DNA of 64,000 nucleotides from Planctomycetia bacterium (GTDB lineage Bacteria; Planctomycetota; Planctomycetia; Pirellulales; JALHLM01): NCBI GenBank assembly GCA_034440135.1, contig JAWXBP010000249.1, positions 14,232 to 78,231 of the forward strand, read 5' to 3'. Shown piece by piece: positions 57,193 to 64,000 of this stretch (position 1 is its first letter; each line of letters starts with the position of its first letter). The notes under the pieces were generated by a model. It saw only the letters and a program-made list of their open reading frames with translations, ran no database searches and was not told where the DNA came from. The position numbers and the translations under genes were made by a program.

Positions 57193-58407
57193 CTAGACGC
57201 GCGCGGCCGTGGAGCTGGGCAGGCTGACGGCGTCGTGCTTGAGCGACGACGCGCTGGTTTGGCGGCGATATTGCGTTGGCGTGACGCCGACTTCGCGTCG
57301 AAAGACGACGTTCATGGCTTCCACGAAGTTGAAGCCGGACGCCAATGCCACTTGTGAGACGGAAAGCCGGGTATCGCTGAGCAACTGCTTGGCGCGCTCG
57401 ATCCGCACCCGACGAATCTCCGCGGCGGGCGAACGGCCGATGGCCTTCTGGAAGCGTTGTTCCAGCAGACGCCGGGAGAGCGATGTTGCCTCGACGACAT
57501 CGCCGACGCCGATCGGCCGGTGCAGATTCGTGCGGATGAATTGGAGCGCCTCGGCCAACGGACGATCTTCAATCGCCAGCGTATTGGTCGATTGGCGCTG
57601 AATTACGCCGCGCAACGGCACCAGGACAGGTTCGCTGGGCGCCGCCTCGCCTTCCATCATTCGTGCCAGCAAATGGGCGGCTTCGTAGCCAACGCGCCGC
57701 GGATTGTGGTCAATGCTGGAAAGCGGCGGGATCGACACCTCGCTGGTCAAGGCGTCGTATTCGCCGCCAAGGACAGCGACATCCTCCGGCACGCTCAACC
57801 CCGATTCCCGGCAGGCTTCCGTCACCTGGCGGGCGCGAATGTCGTTCCACGTCAGCAGCGCCGCTGGTTTCGGAAGGCTGCGAAGCCAGGGGATCAGATC
57901 CGAGATTTCGGCCAACCAGCCGACGCGATTGCCTGAACTGCGTCGGGCCTGATAGACATGACAATTTCCACCAGCCTGCGCGATCGCCCCTTCGAACGTG
58001 GGGCCCAAGCGGTCCTCGTAGCCATGGCGGGGATCGGGACCGAAATAAGCGAAGTTGCGAAAGCCGCGGTCGAGAAAATGCTGGGCGGCCAGGCGGCCGA
58101 CCGCGGCTTCGTCGGCGGTGACCTGGGGAATCTCAAAATCGCGGAGCCGGATCCAGGAGACATTGACGGCCGGCAAACCAGCGGACTTAACGTCTTCTCC
58201 CAACAACGGATGCGTCACGCGGGCGATAATCCCATCGCCGTGCCAATCGCGCGGCATTCGCAGCCGCTCGTGTCGCCCTCGCGGCTCGACGAAGATCGAC
58301 CACTTGCCGTGTTGCCGGGCGTACTCGGCGATCCCGGCGACCATCTCCGCGCCCCAGGTCGTGGAGGTCTCGATCAGGATCGCGACGCGTTTTAACTCCG
58401 TGCTCAT
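57193..58407 (-). CDS. XylR-like transcriptional regulator (periplasmic-binding-protein-like sensor + AraC-type HTH)
   Basis: N-terminus RVAILIETSTTWGAEMVAGIAEYA (LacI/PBP-like). C-terminal AraC HTH pair AEIRRVRIERAKQLLSDTRLSVSQVALASGF. Confidence 0.85.
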   Translation of the reverse strand: MSTELKRVAILIETSTTWGAEMVAGIAEYARQHGKWSIFVEPRGRHERLRMPRDWHGDGIIARVTHPLLGEDVKSAGLPAVNVSWIRLRDFEIPQVTADEAAVGRLAAQHFLDRGFRNFAYFGPDPRHGYEDRLGPTFEGAIAQAGGNCHVYQARRSSGNRVGWLAEISDLIPWLRSLPKPAALLTWNDIRARQVTEACRESGLSVPEDVAVLGGEYDALTSEVSIPPLSSIDHNPRRVGYEAAHLLARMMEGEAAPSEPVLVPLRGVIQRQSTNTLAIEDRPLAEALQFIRTNLHRPIGVGDVVEATSLSRRLLEQRFQKAIGRSPAAEIRRVRIERAKQLLSDTRLSVSQVALASGFNFVEAMNVVFRREVGVTPTQYRRQTSASSLKHDAVSLPSSTAARV

Positions 58408-58663
58408 AACTTCACTTCAACGCTGTGCTTTCGAGCGGTACATGGAGGCACTGACCGCTCTGGAAATAGCATACCACGCACCGGAGAAAATTGCGCGTTC
58501 TCGCAAGTGCAATGCGCATTTTGCGCTAACTCGGCGGTTCACGCCATGGTTTGGCGGATTAGGTTCTCCCCGAGGCTGGTTGTCGGCCCGTGAGAGCCCT
58601 ATTCTGACGCCCAGCCGCGTATTCGACGTGAGCCGAAGCTTTATTGAACACCGGTCGACGGGA

Positions 58664-59893
58664 ATGCGACCTATGCCGCCCGATATTTACGCCATTGCCA
58701 CCATGGATACGAAAGGCGACGAGTTGGCATACGTCGTGACGCTCCTGCGAGCCGGCGGCGGAACGTGCGTAACGGTGGATGTCAGTACCACCGGCGGCGG
58801 GGCATATCCTGCGGACGTGACTCGCGAGACGGTCGCCGCAATGCACCCCCGCGGCGCGTCGTATGTGCTCGAACAGCAGGATCGCGGCCAGGCCGTGGCG
58901 GCGATGAGCGAATCGCTGGCGCAGTTCCTGCGATGCGAACACGAGGCGGGCCGCGTGTCCGGGGCGATCGGCCTCGGCGGCAGCGGAGGTACGGCCCTCA
59001 TTGCACCGGCGCTGCGCGCCTTGCCCATTGGGCTTCCGAAGGTAATCGTCTCCACGGTGGCCAGCGGCAACACGGCCGCTTATATCGGGCAGAGCGATTT
59101 AATTCTGATGCCATCCGTGGTCGATGTCGCTGGCTTGAACACCGTCTCGCGCCCGATCCTCGCTAACGCGGCACAGGCGATCCTGGGCATGGTGCGGCAG
59201 CGGACTTCGTTGCCAACATCAACAAGACCGGCAGTCGGCCTGACCATGTTCGGCGTCACCACGCCGTGTGTCACGGCGGTGCGGCAGTCCTTGGAAGCCG
59301 ACGGCTACGATTGCCTGGTGTTTCACGCTACGGGCACAGGCGGTCAGACGATGGAGCGACTGGTCGCCGAGGGGCTAATCACCGGCGTGATCGATGTCAC
59401 CACGACCGAAGTGGCGGACGAAGTCGTCGGCGGTGTGTTTCCCGCCGGTCCGGCGCGGTTCGAGGCGATCCTCGCAGCGCGGGTTCCGTATGTCCTCAGC
59501 GTCGGGGCCTTGGACATGGTGAACTTCGGCGCGATGGAGACCGTCCCGCCGCAATTCCGTGACCGGCGCCTGCACGTTCACAATTCCCAAGTCACCCTGC
59601 TGCGCACGACGCCGGACGAAAACCGCCGCTGCGCCCGGTGGATGGCCGATAAACTGAATCGCTCCACCGCGCTACTACAGTTGCTGATTCCAGAACGCGG
59701 CGTGTCGATGCTTGACGCGCCCGGACAACCGTTCTTCGATCCGAAAGCAGACGAGGCGCTGTTCGGCGAGTTGGAAAGCGCCATCGAACAGACGCCAGCA
59801 CGTAAGGTGAGGAGACTTCCGCACCACATTAATGATCGAGAGTTCGCCGCGGCGCTCGTCGAGGCGTTCCGCGCGGCGGTCGCGAATCGCTAG
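58664..59893 (+). CDS. UPF0261 (Tm-1-like ATP-binding domain) family protein
   Basis: ATG at 58664 (or 58673). IATMDTKGDELAYV...IGLGGSGGTALIAPALRALPIGLPKVIVSTVASGNT...VVDVAGLN. The first 203 codons of the track ORF are antisense to the regulator gene and are rejected. Confidence 0.75.
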   Translation: MRPMPPDIYAIATMDTKGDELAYVVTLLRAGGGTCVTVDVSTTGGGAYPADVTRETVAAMHPRGASYVLEQQDRGQAVAAMSESLAQFLRCEHEAGRVSGAIGLGGSGGTALIAPALRALPIGLPKVIVSTVASGNTAAYIGQSDLILMPSVVDVAGLNTVSRPILANAAQAILGMVRQRTSLPTSTRPAVGLTMFGVTTPCVTAVRQSLEADGYDCLVFHATGTGGQTMERLVAEGLITGVIDVTTTEVADEVVGGVFPAGPARFEAILAARVPYVLSVGALDMVNFGAMETVPPQFRDRRLHVHNSQVTLLRTTPDENRRCARWMADKLNRSTALLQLLIPERGVSMLDAPGQPFFDPKADEALFGELESAIEQTPARKVRRLPHHINDREFAAALVEAFRAAVANR

Positions 59894-60240
59894 TTCGACT
59901 GGCCATTCCGCCGCGAAATCGCGTTCGCGATCCGCACATACTGCCGCTTGTAAATGATGGACGTCGCTTTGCCGAGCAGGACCGGCACGCCGAGGATGGC
60001 GATGCCGTACAGCCATTGGACACCTTGATTCATGCCCCGAGGGCCGAGCGCACTTTCGATCTGCTCGCACACGGACATCATGATCATGCATGAGACCGCC
60101 ATGACCGCCAACACGGTGAGCCAGCCGCCGAGCAGGATCAACCACTGGGCGCTATTCATCTCGGAAAGCGGCACGCCTCGCCGCCGGTCGATCGGCGATT
60201 CCTGATGCGTCTTGGGACTGGCGTAAGGGTTGTCGTCCAT
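59890..60240 (-). CDS. small membrane protein (two TM helices)
   Basis: The ATG at 60240 gives MDDNPYASPK. Hydrophobic WLILLGGWLTVLAVMAVSCMIMM and WLYGIAILGVPVLL. No family assigned. The longer GTG start would read through a repeat hairpin. Confidence 0.45.
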   Translation of the reverse strand: MDDNPYASPKTHQESPIDRRRGVPLSEMNSAQWLILLGGWLTVLAVMAVSCMIMMSVCEQIESALGPRGMNQGVQWLYGIAILGVPVLLGKATSIIYKRQYVRIANAISRRNGQSN

Positions 60241-60248
60241 CGCGCTCC

Positions 60249-60324
60249 CGTACGTCAGGCTTTCCAGCCTGACTGGCACAATAGCTTTGGAAACGAAAAG
60301 TCAGGCTGGAAAGCCTGACGTACG
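60249..60324. repeat. twin-hairpin inverted repeat (GTCAGGCTGGAAAGCCTGAC family)
   Basis: cgtacgtcaggctttccagcctgac (60249-60273) and gtcaggctggaaagcctgacgtacg (60300-60324) are exact reverse complements. Each is itself an 8-bp stem/4-nt loop hairpin. Confidence 0.75.
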
Positions 60325-60898
60325 ACACTTTACCAGAATACGTGCTGAATCCGCATTTCTGAAAATCCGCGCTCGGCTCTTGCCCGTCTCTATATGTGGG
60401 TCTACTATGAATCGTCGTGGGGCGAACCGGAGAGCGACCGGGTCGCCTGCAGGCAAATGGAAAAGCGGTCCAGCTTTTTCCGCCGCCGCGTTGGCTTGGG
60501 CAAGAAGCGAACGCACAATTGGCAAGTCTGTGCTGGTCCACGGTTCGCGAGGACTGTACCTGGCAGGCTGGCTTGAGGAGTCAAAAAAGCCTTGAAGGCT
60601 GGTGTCTTGGAAACGCCGTTGCGCGTCCGGACACAGCAAGCGCGGATGTCTCACTTCCGATTACGGCGCCGTTTGGTGCTGTTATCGGTGAGGGATAGGC
60701 ATTCGGGGTAATGGCGCTTGCGAAGCGGCGAAATCGCGATCTTGCTGATTCTAAGCCCATCCTATTCGAGGGGCTTGTCAGACGAATCCGATCCCAGGCG
60801 TGAGTGCGCCCATGATGCGCCTGCGCTTCGCTAAGTCTTTATTTCCAGCACGGCGATGACTCCGCCAAGGGGCAGCGGACATAGAAGGGCACTACACC

Positions 60899-61426
60899 AT
60901 GAGCATGCCGGACTACGACGCAGGATGTTACGAACAAGACCATCGCCCGCAGGTGACGGTTCACCGGCTCCCTCGGGCGTGGCAACGCATCAACACCGTT
61001 CGCAAACAACAGGGCGTTTCGCTGCGCAAGGTCGCCCGACACTTGCACACCGACGTTCGCACGTTGCGACATGAAGAAGAAGAAACCACGGACCTGACGA
61101 TCAGCCGACTCTATGAGTGGCAGCAGGTCCTCGAAGTGCCGATCTCGGAATTGTTGATCGATTCCGAGGCGCCTCTGTCCAGCCCAGTGCAGGACCGAGC
61201 GCGTTTGGTCCGGATCATGAAAACGGTCGGGGCGATCCTCGAGAAGGTCAAGGATCCCTCGGTCCGTCGCATGGCCCAGAACCTCTCGGACATGCTGGTC
61301 GAGATGATGCCGGAATTGAAGGACGTGGGCGCCTGGCATTCCGTCGGCCAGCGCCGCACCTTGGACGAAATGGGCAGGATCGTCGAGCGATCCTACTCCG
61401 AAGAAGTGTTTCGCAATCTGCCATGA
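60899..61426 (+). CDS. helix-turn-helix (XRE-like) domain protein
   Basis: RKQQGVSLRKVARHLHTDVRTLRHEEEETTDLTISRLYEWQQVLEVPISELL resembles an XRE-type HTH. The C-terminal 90 aa are unassigned. Confidence 0.55.
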   Translation: MSMPDYDAGCYEQDHRPQVTVHRLPRAWQRINTVRKQQGVSLRKVARHLHTDVRTLRHEEEETTDLTISRLYEWQQVLEVPISELLIDSEAPLSSPVQDRARLVRIMKTVGAILEKVKDPSVRRMAQNLSDMLVEMMPELKDVGAWHSVGQRRTLDEMGRIVERSYSEEVFRNLP

Positions 61427-61471
61427 GGCCCCGCGCGGCCAGTAACTGAGTTGGGGAAATGCAGAATGCTC

Positions 61472-61509
61472 ATGGCCCCGGGAACTGTGTTCCCGGGGCC
61501 ATGTTTTTT
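61472..61509 (+). terminator. Rho-independent terminator
   Basis: atggccccgggaa-ctgtg-ttcccggggccat (perfect 13-bp stem) followed by gttttttg, 46 nt after the stop at 61426. Confidence 0.8.
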
Positions 61510-61571
61510 GGCTGGCCCTTTGGCGCGGCTGACGCCTCGTCCAATCGCGAGTGTCCGCTATACTCGGCGGC

Positions 61572-62333
61572 ATGACGGATCGCACTCAGCTTCGCCGCCT
61601 GGCCGCGCAACAGTTGGAAAGCCTCGCTCGGGCCGGCGTGACGCACTTGCCGCGCGTGGCGACAAAGACACGGTCCAAGTTGCCCGCAACACCGCCCGCT
61701 GAGCCCCCGCCTTCCGCCCCGGCGGTCGTGGCGGAGGTGAGCGCAGCGATGTCGCGTGAAGGTCGCGCCGCCGCACTCAAGGTGCTGCAAACCGAAGTCG
61801 CCGGTTGCACGCGCTGCCAGGAGTTGGCCGCCACGCGGACGCAAACCGTGTTCGGCGTCGGCAACATCACGCCGCGCCTGGTCTTCATGGGCGAGGCCCC
61901 AGGTGCGGACGAAGACAAGCAAGGGATTCCGTTCGTCGGCCGCGCCGGCCAATTGTTGACGAAAATCATCGAGGCCTGCACCTTGCGCCGCGAGGACGTG
62001 TATATCCTCAACACGCTCAAGTGTCGCCCGCCGGAAAACCGCAATCCCGAGCCGGACGAAGTCTTGAACTGCCGCGGTTTTTTCGAGCGGCAGATCGATC
62101 TCCTGCAACCCGAATACATCTGCTGCCTCGGCGGCGTGGCGGCAAAGTCGCTGTTGAACTCGGAGCTGTCGATCGGCAAGCTCCGCAAAACGTTCCACCA
62201 ATACCGCGGCATCCCGGTCCTCTGCACCTACCACCCGTCGTACTTGTTGCGCAACCCCGAAGCCAAACGCGACGTCTGGGAAGACATGCAGCTGTTGATG
62301 AGAAGGATGGGAATTGTGCTGCCAGGCAAATGA
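61572..62333 (+). CDS. uracil-DNA glycosylase, family 4
   Basis: [20 protein letters not shown]...[26 protein letters not shown]...[14 protein letters not shown]...[13 protein letters not shown] at 61572 preferred over GTG at 61551. Confidence 0.88.
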   Translation: MTDRTQLRRLAAQQLESLARAGVTHLPRVATKTRSKLPATPPAEPPPSAPAVVAEVSAAMSREGRAAALKVLQTEVAGCTRCQELAATRTQTVFGVGNITPRLVFMGEAPGADEDKQGIPFVGRAGQLLTKIIEACTLRREDVYILNTLKCRPPENRNPEPDEVLNCRGFFERQIDLLQPEYICCLGGVAAKSLLNSELSIGKLRKTFHQYRGIPVLCTYHPSYLLRNPEAKRDVWEDMQLLMRRMGIVLPGK

Positions 62334-62462
62334 CGAAGTTCTAAATCTGAATGTCGAATCAAATCTGAATGACGAATGACTAAAGGAGTTCGTGCGATCC
62401 CCCAGCTTTCGTCATTCGGATTTCAAATTTGATTCGACATTCCGATTTAGAAATTCGTCATT
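62329..62462. repeat. long AT-richer palindrome (arms of about 48-55 nt) built from TCTGAATG(T/A)CGAA sub-repeats
   Basis: aatgacgaagttctaaatctgaatgtcgaatcaaatctgaatgacgaa (62329-62376) pairs with ttcgtcattcggatttcaaatttgattcgacattccgatttagaaattcgtcatt (62408-62462). The left arm includes the udg stop codon. Confidence 0.8.
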
Positions 62463-62547
62463 CCCCTTACCCCTCCCGCCCGTTGACCGCCCTTCTCCGT
62501 CGCTTCTATAATCCGGCCTCACTGACACCGCAAGCGAGCATCCTGCG

Positions 62548-63735
62548 ATGAAGATTCACGAATACCAGGCGAAAGAACTCCTGCGCAAAGCCGGCGTGGC
62601 AGTGCCGCGCTGCCTTGTGGCGCGAACGCCGGATGAGGCCAAGGCCGCTTACCAGCAACTTGGCGGTTCGATCGCGGTCGTCAAGGCGCAGATTCATGCC
62701 GGCGGCCGCGGCAAGGGGACCGTCAAGGGCAATGACAAGCAGCGCGGCGTGCAGCTCGTAAAGAGCGCCGACGAAGCCGCGCTGGTTGCCAAGAATCTGA
62801 TCGGCCAGGAATTGGTAACGATTCAGACCGGTCCCGAGGGACGCATCGTCAACCAGGTGCTCGTCGAGGAAGGCTGCGACATCGGCCGCGAACTGTATCT
62901 CGGCATCGTGGTCGATCGCGCCTCGTACGGCCCGGTGTTGATGGTCTCCAGCGAAGGGGGCGTCAATATCGAGGAAGTCGCCGAGAAGACCCCGGAGCTG
63001 ATTTTCAAAGAACGCTTCGACCCAGCTTACGGGTTGCAAAGCTATCAGGTCCGCAAGCTCTGCGAGAAGCTCGGCATCACCGGCGCGAGCGTCCGCTCGG
63101 CCGAGTCGTTCATGAAGGGCTTGTGCAAGTTCTTCGTGCAAAGCGATTGCAGCCTGGCGGAAATCAATCCGCTAGTGGTGACAAAGTCCGGCGAGCTCAT
63201 TGCCCTCGACGCCAAGATGACGTTCGACGACAACGCGATGTTCCGCCACAAGGACTTGCTGGAACTGCGCGACCTGAACGAAGAAGAACCGCTGGAAATC
63301 AAGGCCGCCAACGCCGGCCTCAGCTACGTGAAACTCGACGGCAACATCGGCTGCCTGGTCAACGGGGCCGGACTGGCGATGAGCACAATGGATCTCATCA
63401 AGCTGCACGGCGGCGAGCCGGCCAACTTCCTCGACGTTGGCGGCGGCGCGAACGAGGCGCAAGTCACCGAGGCCTTCCGCATTCTGCTCTCCGACAAGAA
63501 CGTGAAAGCGGTGCTGGTCAACATCTTCGGCGGCATCATGCGATGCACGACGATCGCCAACGCGGTGGTCGCGGCCTACAAGTCGGTCGGCTTCAACGTC
63601 CCGCTTGTCGTACGACTGGAAGGCACTGAAGTCGCCGAAGGCCGCAAGATCCTGGCCGAAAGCGGCGCCGCGATCATCAGCGCCGAAGGCCTGACCGACG
63701 CGGCCAAGAAAGTGGTGGCCTCCGTGAGCGCGTAG
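62548..63735 (+). CDS. sucC: succinate--CoA ligase (ADP-forming) subunit beta
   Basis: [17 protein letters not shown]...[14 protein letters not shown]...INPL...[18 protein letters not shown]...NIFGGIMRC. Confidence 0.95.
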   Translation: MKIHEYQAKELLRKAGVAVPRCLVARTPDEAKAAYQQLGGSIAVVKAQIHAGGRGKGTVKGNDKQRGVQLVKSADEAALVAKNLIGQELVTIQTGPEGRIVNQVLVEEGCDIGRELYLGIVVDRASYGPVLMVSSEGGVNIEEVAEKTPELIFKERFDPAYGLQSYQVRKLCEKLGITGASVRSAESFMKGLCKFFVQSDCSLAEINPLVVTKSGELIALDAKMTFDDNAMFRHKDLLELRDLNEEEPLEIKAANAGLSYVKLDGNIGCLVNGAGLAMSTMDLIKLHGGEPANFLDVGGGANEAQVTEAFRILLSDKNVKAVLVNIFGGIMRCTTIANAVVAAYKSVGFNVPLVVRLEGTEVAEGRKILAESGAAIISAEGLTDAAKKVVASVSA

Positions 63736-63748
63736 TCCGTTTCGACAT

Positions 63749-63871
63749 AGTTTGAAGTTTTCAGTGTTCAGTTTTTGTCAACTCGCTTTCCACTGAAAAC
63801 TGAAAACTGAAAACTGAAAACTGAAAACTCTTTCCCATTCGTCATTCAGATTTAGAAATTCGACATTCCCC
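63749..63871. repeat. two repeat-family units in the sucC-sucD spacer, including a (CTGAAAA)x5 tandem
   Basis: agtttgaagttttcagtgttcagttttt (63749-63776) faces 5 tandem ctgaaaa (63793-63827). This is followed by cattcgtcattcagatttagaaattcgacattcccc (63836-63871), which is related to the arms at 62329-62462. Confidence 0.75.
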
Positions 63872-63874
63872 ACC

Positions 63875-64000
63875 ATGAGCATCCTCATCAACCGCGAGAC
63901 GCGCGTCATTTGCCAAGGCATCACCGGCAAGGTGGGCGCGTTTCATACCAAGGGGTGCAAGGAATACGGCACCAAAATGGTCGCCGGCGTCACGCCTGGG
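63875..64000 (+). CDS. sucD: succinate--CoA ligase subunit alpha (5' part; truncated by the window end)
   Basis: [42 protein letters not shown] is the canonical SucD N-terminus. The ORF is open to the window edge and is not in the ORF track. Confidence 0.9.
   Translation, partial: MSILINRETRVICQGITGKVGAFHTKGCKEYGTKMVAGVTPG

Noticed and set aside
58055-58663. N-terminal 203-codon extension of the UPF0261 ORF
   Set aside because: It is antisense to the XylR-like regulator gene and the intergenic region. Family similarity begins only at MRPMPPDIYAIATMDTKG.
63793-63827. Tandem CTGAAAA x5 (and the other direct or inverted repeats) considered as a possible CRISPR array
   Set aside because: The repeat unit is only 7 nt, there are no spacers and no cas genes. 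The other repeats are palindromic pairs rather than regularly spaced direct repeats.

Overview
This is a high-GC (about 60% or more by eye) 64-kb chromosomal segment. Gene content suggests Planctomycetota, probably Pirellulales-like (inference): two PVC-type CxxCH 'membrane-bound dehydrogenase' paralogs, DUF1570/DUF1080/DUF6702 proteins, PEP-CTERM and dockerin exoproteins, archaeal-type apgM, a beta-RFAP synthase-like gene and PPi-type phosphofructokinases. I call about 50 credible protein genes and found no rRNA, tRNA or CRISPR. Layout: (i) 1-10.9 kb holds housekeeping and secreted proteins. (ii) 11.0-14.8 kb is a decayed accessory patch with an IS3 OrfA fragment abutting a truncated tyrosine integrase, a pirin gene, and a 400-aa protein. 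That protein's C-terminus resembles an ExoY/CyaA/EF-type nucleotidyl cyclase toxin domain behind a multi-TM N-terminal module; it is my top candidate for something new. (iii) 14.8-22.2 kb is a cheA(-REC)-cheW-mcp-cheB-cheR operon on the minus strand. (iv) 22.6-35.7 kb is mixed metabolism (SDRs, Ser/Thr kinase, msrA, gnd, PFK), interrupted by a low-GC REP-associated tyrosine transposase (RAYT) bracketed by perfect 25-nt inverted REP hairpins. (v) 36-43.7 kb holds a degenerate-HD-GYP/PAS/GGDEF protein, a flagellin with three internal modules and the second heme protein. (vi) The rest holds parDE, a PEP-CTERM/dockerin protein, a second PFK, a frameshifted M1 peptidase, a beta-lactamase-like::VanX fusion, apgM, a XylR-like regulator, UPF0261, UDG and sucCD. 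Window-wide, intergenic spacers (especially between convergent genes) are filled by at least seven families of palindromic or short-period repeats, and some of these supply stop codons to flanking genes. Many long ORFs in the track are antisense shadow ORFs typical of high-GC DNA and were not called. Repeat coordinates were hand-counted and anchored to ORF-track stops and starts, so treat them as +/-2 nt.
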